DNA of 64,000 nt. Origin: a virus (Duplodnaviria; Caudoviricetes). The position numbers and the translations under genes are program-made. The stretch is taken from positions 32,001 to 96,000 of the IMG/VR virus record IMGVR_UViG_3300028048_000091; one strand, given 5' to 3'. The notes beneath the pieces were generated by a model. The model saw nothing but the letters and a program-made list of their open reading frames with translations, did not search any database and was not told the DNA's origin. Shown piece by piece: positions 44,371-55,059 of this stretch (position 1 is the stretch's first letter; each line of letters starts with the position of its first letter).

Positions 44371-44700
44371 TTATTCCCCTTCCATATATTTTCTAAATTC
44401 GTCAATCATTTTGTCTGAACAAGTAGGAATATACTCACCTTTTTTTTCTATATTATAGAGATACTTGTCTTTGTTTTCTTCTAACCACTTTATTGCTTTT
44501 CGGGTTGCCTCATTGTAACCTTCATCCAAGTATTCTCCAATAGAGTCAATGATAACTTCCTTGACGGCTTCTATCTTATAATTAGGCTTACTCATTTTGT
44601 TGTTAGTAAAGTAACACAAGCATGTGCAATAGTCACTTTCAAGTCTGTCGTAGTCCTTAACCTTAAAGATTATTTCTTTGATTTTTTCTATTATTCTCAT
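44371..44700 (-). CDS. Hypothetical protein
   Basis: 109-aa ORF. Confidence 0.6.
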   Translation of the reverse strand: MRIIEKIKEIIFKVKDYDRLESDYCTCLCYFTNNKMSKPNYKIEAVKEVIIDSIGEYLDEGYNEATRKAIKWLEENKDKYLYNIEKKGEYIPTCSDKMIDEFRKYMEGE

Positions 44701-44936
44701 TTTATATAATTTTTAAAGTCCATCACAAACTTTGTAGTATCAGCACAATCTTCGCTTGGGTATTTGAGATAGTTATCTCTTATCCACTTACAAGCCTTCT
44801 CAATAAAGGCATCAGTGCGGGTGTACTCAACAGACTTTAAATAACTAACAGGCTTTTCTAATATAAAAGCACGTCCTTCTTCTGTTATCACATCGCAAGC
44901 AATATAAATCTTTTCTGGTGCTTCGTTTGCTTTCAT
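44697..44936 (-). CDS. Modular hypothetical protein (MKANEAPEKIY/EYTRTDAFIEKAC)
   Basis: Intact counterpart of 14467-14761. Confidence 0.7.
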   Translation of the reverse strand: MKANEAPEKIYIACDVITEEGRAFILEKPVSYLKSVEYTRTDAFIEKACKWIRDNYLKYPSEDCADTTKFVMDFKNYIK

Positions 44937-45337
44937 AATTCAATTTCTTTTGATATGCCACAAAGTCTTAATGCATGTTGGAGTTCGTGAACGTATTGGA
45001 TTTTTGATATTTCTACAAAACGAACTTTAATACTGCCACATGCCCCAACATTTATTAACCACCCACTATTAGGAATATAAGTGCATTGAACTACTGGCTC
45101 ATTACAGCAGAATGTCTTCCTTCCAGACGGTTCAGTACAAAACCATTTAATTCCATTCTTTTCAAGAATCTCTTGAGTGAGAGGTATAGGCTTAACCAAC
45201 TCAATGTTTGAATGTTCGTTATGAGTGGTTTCTATAATCCCATCACAAGTAATAGAGGTTACTTGAACATAGATGTTACCATCAAGCACCCAATCCCCAA
45301 TCATAAGGTCATTGCAACTTAATTCTTTTGCTTTCAT
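44933..45337 (-). CDS. Hypothetical phage protein (LMIGDWV/PIPLT.EILEKNG/YVHELQHALRLCG)
   Basis: Probable start MKAKEL. Confidence 0.7.
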   Translation of the reverse strand: MKAKELSCNDLMIGDWVLDGNIYVQVTSITCDGIIETTHNEHSNIELVKPIPLTQEILEKNGIKWFCTEPSGRKTFCCNEPVVQCTYIPNSGWLINVGACGSIKVRFVEISKIQYVHELQHALRLCGISKEIEL

Positions 45338-45625
45338 AAGTTTATAAGAATTAGTTTTTCTTCTGGAATTAATGCGCATATTTCCTCAAAAGTAGGAGGT
45401 TCTTTTTCTCCATAAAGTTCTTTTCTTAATTCCTCACAAAAAGCAAACTCATGCGTAAATACTGGTCTGCCAAGAGTTTTTTTCGATAGCTTCGTGAAAC
45501 ACATCAAACGGCATACAAAGTCTATCCTGCTCCATTTGAAATTCTGCAATCTGACGATATGTCATATTTTCATAGCACTTGTTTTCGGCAAATGCTATTG
45601 CCTGTTCTTTCGTTAGCTGTTTCAT
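45334..45625 (-). pseudogene. Hypothetical protein with +1 frameshift in an A7 run
   Basis: MKQLTKEQAIAF...CMPFDVFHEAIEK continues as TLGRPVFTHEF only if one A at 45477-45483 is removed. Confidence 0.7.
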
Positions 45626-45909
45626 AACTCTTCCTCCCTAAGTTTATTTAAGTCTTGATATAGAGAATATAAAACTTCTTGATGTGGCAAACTGTTAATA
45701 GTTCCCTTCAATCTTTCCATCTGCTCATCACTCGGCTTCCACCTGTTATGTAAATGTTCATCAACATACTCAGCGTAGTTTTTAGCAACACCATGTATTG
45801 CCCTGCTACCATGAGAAACATTACCACTTGTAAGTCTGTTACTTCTTTCCATAATGTCTTCAAACCATGCCTTGCATAGCTCCAAGACTTCTCTGTCTGT
45901 GCTATCCAT
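45622..45909 (-). CDS. Modular hypothetical protein (WKPSDEQM)
   Basis: C-terminal module shared with 45913. Confidence 0.65.
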   Translation of the reverse strand: MDSTDREVLELCKAWFEDIMERSNRLTSGNVSHGSRAIHGVAKNYAEYVDEHLHNRWKPSDEQMERLKGTINSLPHQEVLYSLYQDLNKLREEEL

Positions 45910-45912
45910 AAC

Positions 45913-46941
45913 TTATAAATCTATTATTTGGTCAAGTAATCCACTTATTTCTTCTTTATGCTTGTTATAAGGTACATTATTCAAAACCCATCGTAATGCG
46001 ATTATCTGCTCAACACTCGGCTTCCAAGTATACCTGCCTTTGAGAGATTTGAGCCAATCAATAGTAGAATCCACTAAACCTTCATTTCCGTTAAGACTTG
46101 TATTTCTAATAAGAGCACAAGCAGATTTTAGTTTTGTTTCATCCTCTTCACTCCACTCTTGCTTTGTTTTTTCCCTTAATTCTAATCTACCAATATTCCA
46201 TTCATATCCGGCATCTTCCATTCTTTTGAAGAAGTATCTACGCTGTTCCTTAGTTGCAAGCAAATAACCTGTTGGATTAAGTCCACCGGACTCATACCAA
46301 AACTCATGCCAACCCCCATTGTATTTCTCCATTGAACAATAAACAAACATGCAGCCATATTGAGTCTTCGGGTCATAGCTATTACTTTTGAATATAACGA
46401 ACCTGTTGCCATCAGTAAGTACATCACCCGGTTTTGCATCCTTGATAGTCCATAAAGACAGATATTCTTCAGTAGCAGAAGCAATATTATTACCACTTTT
46501 ACCATTAAGACATTCAAGTTCATAGTCACCCGCAAGGTCAATAGACTTTACAATGTAGTAAAGGCCATCATAAAGTGAATGTTTTACAATGTCACCAACA
46601 CTGAATTTACATTTACTTTGTCTTTTACCTTCTTCATATCCTCTCTGATAAGCAGCATCTATCTCTTTTCTAAAAGCATCTACATTGTCTGCAAACTCTC
46701 TTTCTTCCTTATCGAGAACGTCAATAGATTTCTGTTTTTCAAGCCAATCAGCCCATTCTGTTAAATTATTATCTTTAAGGTGGTCTATAATAGCACCTCT
46801 TATCATATCATCATAATCCTCACGCAATACCGGAAAGATGGTTTCACACACAGTCCAATCTGCCGGTGCTGCAACACCATCACCGTTATTAATTTTATGG
46901 GCAATTTCTAATGCCTCCTTATATGCTTTTTCGTAATCCAT
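45913..46941 (-). CDS. Modular hypothetical protein (MDYEKAYKEAL/WLEKQ/LWTIKDAKPGDVL/WSEEDE/WLKSLK/WKPS.EQ)
   Basis: Paralog of 14864 and 20766. Confidence 0.75.
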   Translation of the reverse strand: MDYEKAYKEALEIAHKINNGDGVAAPADWTVCETIFPVLREDYDDMIRGAIIDHLKDNNLTEWADWLEKQKSIDVLDKEEREFADNVDAFRKEIDAAYQRGYEEGKRQSKCKFSVGDIVKHSLYDGLYYIVKSIDLAGDYELECLNGKSGNNIASATEEYLSLWTIKDAKPGDVLTDGNRFVIFKSNSYDPKTQYGCMFVYCSMEKYNGGWHEFWYESGGLNPTGYLLATKEQRRYFFKRMEDAGYEWNIGRLELREKTKQEWSEEDETKLKSACALIRNTSLNGNEGLVDSTIDWLKSLKGRYTWKPSVEQIIALRWVLNNVPYNKHKEEISGLLDQIIDL

Positions 46942-46966
46942 AATATTTTTATTAATTTTTTATGCT

Positions 46967-47746
46967 TTATAGTTGACTCGTCTCGGATGCAATGCGCTTG
47001 TTGGCAATATCAACATATTCCTGCGATATTTCGAAGCCAATGTACTTACGATTTAGTTGTAATGCCGCAATAGCCGTTGTGCCAGAACCCATAAAACAAT
47101 CGAGCACGATGTCACCCTCATTGCTCCAAGACCTTATGTGGTCAATAGCAAGTTGCTCAGGAAATATGGCAGGGTGTTTAAACGCTATTTTGTTAGACGC
47201 ACAGTTACTTCCTACAGGATAATACCAAATATTGCCTCTTGCCGTAAATTCGTTTTTTGGAACATACATTTCGTAATGTGCTTGTCCATTTCTGTTTGAC
47301 TTACATGTCCTTGGTTGCATATTCTTGACTTTTACGTCACGTATCGGGTTAAATGTTTTGCATTTGCCTTTGCTAAATACAAACATATATTCAAAATGCT
47401 GTCTATATCTCATGGATGTTTTGTTCCATGTTGGTATTTCTTTGTGGTATATCATTGTGTCATGTAGATTAAAACCGCACTCCATAAAGTATAATGCCTG
47501 ACGGAAAGACGTTCCAGTCTCAGAGCCTTTGATTGTTGCGTCACCGACTACCCATACAACCACGCCACCTTGCTTTGTTACTCGGTATAGTTCTTTGACT
47601 ACGTTCTCAAAGTCAAAAGAATAGCCATTGTATTTACGCAGATTGTCATAAGGTGGTGACGTGCATACCATGTCTATGGTATTGTCGCCCAACATCTTCA
47701 TTCCTTCTACATTGTCTTGACAATAAATTTTGTTTAACTCTAACAT
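46967..47746 (-). CDS. Beta-class N4-C/N6-A DNA methyltransferase
   Basis: TSPPY, HPAIFP, VLDCFMGSGTT. Confidence 0.9.
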   Translation of the reverse strand: MLELNKIYCQDNVEGMKMLGDNTIDMVCTSPPYDNLRKYNGYSFDFENVVKELYRVTKQGGVVVWVVGDATIKGSETGTSFRQALYFMECGFNLHDTMIYHKEIPTWNKTSMRYRQHFEYMFVFSKGKCKTFNPIRDVKVKNMQPRTCKSNRNGQAHYEMYVPKNEFTARGNIWYYPVGSNCASNKIAFKHPAIFPEQLAIDHIRSWSNEGDIVLDCFMGSGTTAIAALQLNRKYIGFEISQEYVDIANKRIASETSQL

Positions 47747-47772
47747 TTGGACATTATTTGATGATAAACAGT

Positions 47773-48201
47773 TTATTTCAAATTTATTATGAATACTTCT
47801 TTATCCTCAGGCGCCCCCCATTCCGGATTACCTTTACCAACCTTAATTGAAACTATTTCCTTTAACATACGTCTTGAAGTATCTCCTTTCTTGGGATAGC
47901 CTAATGTAAATTCAACATGTGTATATCCACGTGTACCATAATTTTCAATTAATAAATGATGCAACGTTACATATGGATGGTCCTTATTAAATTCAATTGT
48001 CTTAATAAGCACACCTCTCTCATTAGGATTAGTGGTACTATCTCCCCAATAACCATCAATACCAAGGGGACAATCATACAGAATACGATTACACCAATAC
48101 GGAGTAAGTTCCCTGTACTCTTCGGTCTTGATACCACTCTCAATCATTCTGTACCACTTTTCCTTTAACGGTAATACTAATACCTTGCGATATTCTTCCA
48201 T
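47773..48201 (-). CDS. ASCH/PUA-like domain protein
   Basis: L.LK.KWY.MI.SG.KTEEYR...YW..R. Confidence 0.75.
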   Translation of the reverse strand: MEEYRKVLVLPLKEKWYRMIESGIKTEEYRELTPYWCNRILYDCPLGIDGYWGDSTTNPNERGVLIKTIEFNKDHPYVTLHHLLIENYGTRGYTHVEFTLGYPKKGDTSRRMLKEIVSIKVGKGNPEWGAPEDKEVFIINLK

Positions 48202-48202
48202 A

Positions 48203-49543
48203 TTAAATTCCTAATTGTTTTCTTCTTATACTAAGGAGTAGGTCATTAACAAAATCAACGTTTATCTCATCCGGAATAGTAGACTCGGCCATTGCTTTCT
48301 CCATTTCGTCTTTTCTTGCATTGAGTTTTTCCATAAGTTCATCATATTCATACTTATGGTTTCTGATGTCAAGCAAGAACTCTGCATCAATTCCGCTTCT
48401 GTCAACTTTGTAACCCTCTCCACGTGCAATCTCAATACCACAATTCATAAGTCTGAAACATTCACATATGTTCTTAGCATCATATGACTTATGAAGATTA
48501 CTCTCATACCTCACTGGATTACGATGTTTAACCCAATCTTGATATTCAAGCCACCTACGGCAATGTTGGCTGTAAGAATCCTTCATATAAGAAATATGGC
48601 ATATCGGCATTTCATCCTTTTCGACTGAAGACAACCTCAGTTCATTAGATGTGTGGTCTCGATTAACCATACCTTTATATCCAATAGGCTTCTGTTCCTT
48701 ATACCATTTTTCAAGGTTATCGGCTGTGAAGTCATAACTATCATAAGGCGCACTATCCACACGTAAATGATAAAAATCTACAATAAGTTTTACCATATTC
48801 TTGAATTGTGCTTTTTTAAGAACCTCTTTCAAATCCTCACGTCCATCTTCCTTAATTTGTCTTACAATCTTAATTGTATCATAGTCAGTAATGTCATTCC
48901 ATGCATCAATCAAATCCTCACAAGTTACACCTTCATGAAGAAAATGATTTCCCCAATCATAGAAACAGCCAAACATAGTAGGCATGTTAGCAATATTGAC
49001 AAGGCCGCAATACTCTTGTTTTAAGCCCCTATATTCAAGCCAATTGAGTATCTTACTACTTCCTTGTTTATGGAATGTGTACACAAAGTCAAGTAATTCC
49101 CTACGCTCAGGAACATCCCAATTAATAAGTTTCTTCAAACCAGTAGCCTTTTTGATTTGAGAGCGTCCGTATGAGTAAAAACTGTCGAAACACTTCTTTG
49201 TAAGAAACTCATTCTTATATGATTTAAGTTCAGTCATAATAGGATGCTCAAACTGAACATACTTGTCATCTACAAACAATGCTTCAAGTACGGTAGGATT
49301 AGACTTCAGTAGCAGATTCATGAACTTCTGCATTTCATACCATACAATGTCATTTGTCTCATTGGCAATCTGGTCTTGATAATCCAAACCAAGACCAATT
49401 AACTGTTCAGCCGGTGCTAAGAACACGCCTCCATAGTCTTCATCGGACAAAGGGGTGCTAATACCGTGACAGTGGCTTCCACGTAAGTAATTGTAAATCA
49501 ATAAGTTACGCTCTTTTATTTCACTAAAACTATAAGTCTTCAT
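48203..49543 (-). CDS. Pol-beta superfamily nucleotidyltransferase
   Basis: RGSH.HG.STP.SD.D.GG, LLKSNP..LEAL, YDAKN, LLDIR. Confidence 0.8.
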   Translation of the reverse strand: MKTYSFSEIKERNLLIYNYLRGSHCHGISTPLSDEDYGGVFLAPAEQLIGLGLDYQDQIANETNDIVWYEMQKFMNLLLKSNPTVLEALFVDDKYVQFEHPIMTELKSYKNEFLTKKCFDSFYSYGRSQIKKATGLKKLINWDVPERRELLDFVYTFHKQGSSKILNWLEYRGLKQEYCGLVNIANMPTMFGCFYDWGNHFLHEGVTCEDLIDAWNDITDYDTIKIVRQIKEDGREDLKEVLKKAQFKNMVKLIVDFYHLRVDSAPYDSYDFTADNLEKWYKEQKPIGYKGMVNRDHTSNELRLSSVEKDEMPICHISYMKDSYSQHCRRWLEYQDWVKHRNPVRYESNLHKSYDAKNICECFRLMNCGIEIARGEGYKVDRSGIDAEFLLDIRNHKYEYDELMEKLNARKDEMEKAMAESTIPDEINVDFVNDLLLSIRRKQLGI

Positions 49544-49544
49544 T

Positions 49545-50114
49545 TCAAATAACTTTTAACAACTCTTTATCAGTGTATACTTTTGTCCCTCCTCTACCTA
49601 TTGCTTCAACAATATACTTATTTGAGAAACCGTGGCTTTCTTTGATTATTCCCTTATATCCTTCCTTATCAACAATTACAACATCCCCTTTACAAAACTT
49701 TTCATTTTCTACCATTTTAAGATTATCCCCTGAATAATGTTTTACATAGGAAAAATATTCAACATTTGTATCTTCAGTTGCTTTGACGTTTGTATTATAA
49801 AATGTGACATAATATCCATCATCATTAATGCCTCTGATTATTCCTTTCTTAAATGGCTTTGATTTAACTTGCACCTTATCACCAATACTAAATCTTTTGT
49901 TGCCTTCATATACAGTCTTAGGTATCTCATCTTTTGTTGCAAGTCTAAAGTGTCTTGCATCAAACCTATCAATTTCTGTGCCGTCAAAACAGTTGTCTCT
50001 TCCTGCAAAGTACACTTTACCTTTTACAAAATGCCTTGTAGGGTCATCGTACCATGAACTTATATGGAATAAGTCTTCAATGCACATATACCATTTTCCT
50101 TTCTTTATTTCCAT
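49545..50114 (-). CDS. Hypothetical protein with SH3/KOW-like repeats
   Basis: F.IGDKV / F.KGDVV repeats. Confidence 0.6.
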   Translation of the reverse strand: MEIKKGKWYMCIEDLFHISSWYDDPTRHFVKGKVYFAGRDNCFDGTEIDRFDARHFRLATKDEIPKTVYEGNKRFSIGDKVQVKSKPFKKGIIRGINDDGYYVTFYNTNVKATEDTNVEYFSYVKHYSGDNLKMVENEKFCKGDVVIVDKEGYKGIIKESHGFSNKYIVEAIGRGGTKVYTDKELLKVI

Positions 50115-50131
50115 AACAATTATAAAATTAA

Positions 50132-50332
50132 TTACTTTTTATTGAATTTATTCTTTAATTTACTTAAATCATCCGCAGTTATCTCACGGTCTTTCTCAAC
50201 CTTGGGCTTAACCTCAGATGTGTTACCTACATACTTTTGTGAATAATGTTCAAGCCTCTCTTGTCTGCACAGAGGACATTCTACTGCTGTGTAAAACAGA
50301 TGATGTGTCGGGCACAAAGTCTTTTGTATCAT
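50132..50332 (-). CDS. Small Zn-binding hypothetical protein
   Basis: CPTH...CPLC. Confidence 0.55.
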   Translation of the reverse strand: MIQKTLCPTHHLFYTAVECPLCRQERLEHYSQKYVGNTSEVKPKVEKDREITADDLSKLKNKFNKK

Positions 50333-50688
50333 AGTTTCTTTTTAAATGATTAAACTTGTTCTTAACCTTGTTAGTGATTCTTGAATGATTACATTTCTTA
50401 TCTATTGCGGCAGCGGTTAAACCGATACCGGCCAAACTCCAACAAACAAAACACATATATTATATATCATAATGTATACTATTATTCTTAATGTTGCTGT
50501 AATTGAATGTACGTACCAATTTTATCGTTTAATCTTGTAATGTTGTCATTAAGTGTATCAAGTTTACGACCTATCTGTGACATTTCCTTTGTCTGTGCTG
50601 AAATAGCCTTCTCAAGATTACCCAACACCTTAATTAATTCTTTTGCTTCTTGCTTTTCCATATGTAATCCTATTCTTTTACTATTATT

Positions 50689-51207
50689 TTATTTTTCCCA
50701 AGAAAATATTGAAATCAAAAAATATAACCAAACACAAAAAAATACTATTATTAGTACAAAACCAAGAGCCATTATAAGTTCATTCCAAAATCCCCATGAG
50801 TTATCACCGACAGCATCTTTCCTTATATCCTTGAATTTCACTTTGTCACCGACTTCATATGAACTATATGTGGCAAACGTAACCTTAACGTCAAATTTAT
50901 GCCACTTGGGGTTATCCGGTGTAATTGCAAGCATGAAAATCTGTTCATCATAGTGTTTATGATGCTTATACGTAGTCCCCTTTGCAAATACAGTACCTTC
51001 TACATCTACAGTTCTATTTCCTACTTGTGAGAAAACACCAAATAGACAAAATCCAAACAATAATGTTATCACGACAAACCATTTTATGTACCACTTCCTT
51101 GGTTTGTCATCATTATCATCACTTGCAATGCCACCACCTCGCATTGAACCGTTCATTAAAACTGCTGTTGCTGCCATCATAGGCACTCCATATGCTCCAA
51201 ATCCCAT
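50689..51207 (-). CDS. Membrane protein
   Basis: Two hydrophobic helices flanking a small beta domain. Confidence 0.65.
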   Translation of the reverse strand: MGFGAYGVPMMAATAVLMNGSMRGGGIASDDNDDKPRKWYIKWFVVITLLFGFCLFGVFSQVGNRTVDVEGTVFAKGTTYKHHKHYDEQIFMLAITPDNPKWHKFDVKVTFATYSSYEVGDKVKFKDIRKDAVGDNSWGFWNELIMALGFVLIIVFFCVWLYFLISIFSWEK

Positions 51208-51375
51208 AGTTTGTTAATTAGTTACAACGCTTTTTTAAAATACTCATAAACTCCTTGGCCATGTTTTCAGCAAGACCTTCTGCAAGAAAGCCACTAAATG
51301 TTTCCTTAACCAACTTTTCAACTTCATTGAAAATCTTTTCCTTTTCCATACTATATATTTTTTATTTTGACAATG

Positions 51376-51434
51376 CAAAGATACTATAAAAAGTTGATAA
51401 AACAAAGAAATTTTAGTTAAAAAATATTAAAAAT
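51376..51434 (-). promoter_or_regulatory. Bacteroidota-type promoter, repeat of 17894-17950
   Basis: TAtcTTTG 51376-51383, TTTG 51403-51406. Confidence 0.8.
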
Positions 51435-51478
51435 AAAAAAATGGCCACGGATATTTCACCTTGACCATTTATAGAAGA

Positions 51479-52495
51479 TTATTTATTAAAGAATTTTTCA
51501 ATCCTATTGTAATATTCCTGATACTTTGGTGTATTAATGATATTTCTATCACGTTTTCCTTCAAACTTCACGTCGACCACATCACCGAATGTATGTGTCT
51601 TAGCATCAAGTAGATAAACTCTCTGTGACAGATATACTGCCTCGTTGATATCATGTGTAATCATGATAAATGTACGGTCAACCTTATCATCATAGAACAA
51701 TTTAAGCAAAATGTCTTGCATTGATGCCTTTGATGCAGTATCAAGACCGGAACTGTATTCATCAAGTATCATAATCTGAGAATCACCTGCAAGATTACGT
51801 GCCAATGAAACACGCTGCAACTGCCCACCTGACAATGATGGATATTGCGCCCATTTATACTCATGTCCTTCAAGCCCGACGAGTTTAAGGATTTCCATTG
51901 CCTTTGCTTCACGTTCCTCTTTGCCAACACCTTTCATTTTCAACGGCAAAGCGACATTTTCAAGAACTGTCATCCAAGGGAATGAAGAATACTGTTGGAA
52001 TACCATAGGAACATGTGTCTTTTCATCATAAGGCTTACCATACATCTTAACAACACCATCATTTGGTCTTTTAAGTCCCGAAATCAGACGTGAAAGTTGT
52101 GTTTTACCACTTCCGCTACCACCCATGATTGCAATAAACTGTCCCTCACCCTTAAAATCAGGTATTGAGAAATTCAATTTATTAAATAATGTGAAATCAC
52201 CGAATTTTAGTGTTACATTCTCAAGGTCGATAACATTAGGAGTGCTCTCAATTTCATATTCACCGTCATACTTCTTAGTAGGAACAATTTGGCTGTTTGT
52301 AACACTTTCCTTACATTGCTCTCTAACCATTTCCACCTCTTGTGTCGTAATAGTTGGTGCAACATGGTCTTTCAGTACGGAAGCAATTTCAGAAGGTGAG
52401 CATGCAACTGTTTCACCAAGACCTTTATCCGTAGTTTTGTTTACTGTCTTTCCAGCAACATTTTCCTTCAATATATTTGAAAATAAATTACCCAT
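51479..52495 (-). CDS. ABC transporter ATP-binding protein (NitT/TauT type)
   Basis: GGSGSGKT, VFQ, LSGGQLQR, ILDE, ITHD. Confidence 0.92.
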   Translation of the reverse strand: MGNLFSNILKENVAGKTVNKTTDKGLGETVACSPSEIASVLKDHVAPTITTQEVEMVREQCKESVTNSQIVPTKKYDGEYEIESTPNVIDLENVTLKFGDFTLFNKLNFSIPDFKGEGQFIAIMGGSGSGKTQLSRLISGLKRPNDGVVKMYGKPYDEKTHVPMVFQQYSSFPWMTVLENVALPLKMKGVGKEEREAKAMEILKLVGLEGHEYKWAQYPSLSGGQLQRVSLARNLAGDSQIMILDEYSSGLDTASKASMQDILLKLFYDDKVDRTFIMITHDINEAVYLSQRVYLLDAKTHTFGDVVDVKFEGKRDRNIINTPKYQEYYNRIEKFFNK

Positions 52496-52500
52496 TTCAA

Positions 52501-53322
52501 TTAGTTTTTATATGGAAACAACTTCTTAATTAATTTAGCAAAAACAAAATCCTGCACAAAGCCAATTGCAATAATCAATACGATAAGAGCATATGCCTCT
52601 GGTATATGCGACTGCCTAATCATGGTATTAATTGATGCACCAAGACCTGTAATTTCCCCATCCTTATAAATCAACTCTGCTACGGTTACATATGTCCAAC
52701 TGACAGCAAGCAAATCACGGCATGTATCAGCAACACCACTCGTTACATACGGCCAATATACATATCTGAACTTTTCCCAATTGGATGCACCCATTGTCTG
52801 AATTGTCTGAAGATATACATTATCCTTATCATTCTTAGGATTCTGCAAATCATTAATCTTATTAACAATTGCAGGAATGATATATACCATCAATGCAGCG
52901 GTCAAAAACCATACCTTCATGTTAAATGTAAGGCCGAAAATTGAAACGAATATCGAACTTATTGCCACAAACGGAAGAAACCTAATACTCGTTATGTATT
53001 TACTGATTAGCAAATTAAGTAATGGGCATAAAGTGATAATAAAACCTATTGGCAATGACAAACCGATGGCATATACATAACAAAGCAAATTCATTTTAAG
53101 GCTGAACCATGCATTACCAAACATATGATACTCACTTATCAGTGTCCCATAACTTCCAACTACCTTAAATGGGTCAGGAAGAATGTTAGTCGGTATAATT
53201 TCATTTACCGATATGAAATGCCAACCTAAAATGATAATGATGAAACCAACGACACTTATTATGATATTCTGTACAGTACCAAAGTCGCTTTCTCCACCAA
53301 ATTTGAATAACTTTTTAAACAT
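52501..53322 (-). CDS. ABC transporter permease (NitT/TauT type)
   Basis: Multiple TM helices, LP.P..V, EAA-like loop TMGAS, W..V.VAE. Confidence 0.9.
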   Translation of the reverse strand: MFKKLFKFGGESDFGTVQNIIISVVGFIIIILGWHFISVNEIIPTNILPDPFKVVGSYGTLISEYHMFGNAWFSLKMNLLCYVYAIGLSLPIGFIITLCPLLNLLISKYITSIRFLPFVAISSIFVSIFGLTFNMKVWFLTAALMVYIIPAIVNKINDLQNPKNDKDNVYLQTIQTMGASNWEKFRYVYWPYVTSGVADTCRDLLAVSWTYVTVAELIYKDGEITGLGASINTMIRQSHIPEAYALIVLIIAIGFVQDFVFAKLIKKLFPYKN

Positions 53323-53344
53323 TGAAAGAATTTTTTAGATTAGA

Positions 53345-53379
53345 AATGGAGTGACCAACTTTTTAGTCAACCACTCCAT
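53345..53379 (-). terminator. Hairpin between binding-protein and permease genes
   Basis: ATGGAGTG...CACTCCAT. Confidence 0.55.
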
Positions 53380-53412
53380 CGAACTTATATTATATTTCGA
53401 AAGTAAATGTAA

Positions 53413-54984
53413 TCACTCGTTAATCAACTCGAAATCAGTTGTACGATAATTCTGATTTGCCCCTGTAACACCATCAGCAAGAGCCTTCTTTGAACCATTA
53501 CCGACGATAATGAAGCGGTTCTTGTCAAATCCATACTCTTTGATGAGATAATTGGCTACTGACTGAGCACGTGCCTTAGAAAGTGGTACATTGACTGCAT
53601 CAGAACCTGTTGCATCGGTATTACCCTCAATACGGATACGTGAACCATTGAACTGCTTTGCGATACCCACGAACTCACGGTCAATTACCGCCTTCGCGTC
53701 ATTATCGAGAACATCACTACCACTTGGATAATCGATAGTCACCTTTTTGGTCGACATTGCGGCGGCTGTCTCAATCTCCTTTGTAGGTGCTGTGAACGTC
53801 TTAGCCTTTTCTGCTGACTGCTCGCCCTTTACACCAGATGGGTCTGCCACAAGTTCCTCGATAATTGAACTGTCTGATACCTTATTCCATGAAAGTGGCG
53901 ACTTACAGAGTTTAAGACCTGCATATGTACGTGCCATCTTAGAATAGAGTTCCGAACCCTGTACGCCAGTATAAGATGCATTCAAACCGAAGAAATTAGC
54001 CTCATCGCCAAGTGTTACATAATGAATGTTCTTTGAACCGTCAATTGCAAACTGCTCGTCAGTACCATAACCCTTAGCGAATGCCTTTGCTGCCTGCTCA
54101 ACAGCCTTTGGTTCGCTATTCATCTTCACATTAGCCATAAGAAGTGCTGAAATCAACTTCTTAACATTCTCACGGTTTGCATCAAGATAAGACTGCTTTG
54201 CAATAAGTCCGTCGCAAATAATGCTACTTGCCTGCTTGGTCGATACAAGAACCTTTGCACCATTAACAGTTGCTACAATGTCTTGGTCATCAGGTGAGAA
54301 CACTACTGCGGCATCACACTGTCCTGCCTTGAAAATTGCTGCTGCATCAAGGCCACTTGCCACAATCTTAATATTCACCTTATTTGGGTCAATATTCGAA
54401 CCTGTATTCACCTTATCATAACCTATACCGTTGGTCTCAAGGGTATTCAGAAGAAGTGTATGACTTGCAGTACCCTCAGAACAAGCAACAACCTTACCAA
54501 TAAGATTACCAACCGTCTGAACGTTCTTATTCACTACAATAGCATCAGCACCACGTGACCAATTGGAAATATTGAAGAAACGTGAATCTGCCATTTCCGA
54601 ACCCTCTGACATTTCAACAGGTAGAGCATCTGCCGTACAATAGATGATGTCAATATCACCATTACGGAATGCTGAACGTCCTGCTTGGAAATCATCCTGA
54701 ATTACAATCTTCAACTTAATACCATAATCCTTATAGATGATGCTTTCCTCATTCGGGTCAAGACCGTTGTTGAGGTACATAAATGGAAGGAAACCTGCAT
54801 AGGTGTTAGTTCCAACGGTGATTACATTCTTGTCACCACCACCGAATACACTGGTGAATACACCCTTAGTGTCCTTACTTCCATCAGATGACTGTCCCAT
54901 CCACCAAAGGCCAAACACAATAGCGGCGACTGCGAGAATAATTCCTGCGTAGCGAACCCAACTTTTTACAATAACTTTTGCCAT
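53413..54984 (-). CDS. ABC substrate-binding protein (NMT1/SsuA-like) fused to an OmpA-like C-terminal domain
   Basis: N-terminal TM, SRGADAIV, IEGNTD..GS..VN..LS..RA.SV..YL. Confidence 0.88.
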   Translation of the reverse strand: MAKVIVKSWVRYAGIILAVAAIVFGLWWMGQSSDGSKDTKGVFTSVFGGGDKNVITVGTNTYAGFLPFMYLNNGLDPNEESIIYKDYGIKLKIVIQDDFQAGRSAFRNGDIDIIYCTADALPVEMSEGSEMADSRFFNISNWSRGADAIVVNKNVQTVGNLIGKVVACSEGTASHTLLLNTLETNGIGYDKVNTGSNIDPNKVNIKIVASGLDAAAIFKAGQCDAAVVFSPDDQDIVATVNGAKVLVSTKQASSIICDGLIAKQSYLDANRENVKKLISALLMANVKMNSEPKAVEQAAKAFAKGYGTDEQFAIDGSKNIHYVTLGDEANFFGLNASYTGVQGSELYSKMARTYAGLKLCKSPLSWNKVSDSSIIEELVADPSGVKGEQSAEKAKTFTAPTKEIETAAAMSTKKVTIDYPSGSDVLDNDAKAVIDREFVGIAKQFNGSRIRIEGNTDATGSDAVNVPLSKARAQSVANYLIKEYGFDKNRFIIVGNGSKKALADGVTGANQNYRTTDFELINE

Positions 54985-55059
54985 AATTCTTTTTTATTAA
55001 TTTACGTTTTTTTTTGTTAAACTTTTGTTTTTAATTCTCTCTTTCCAAATTTGGTAGTG

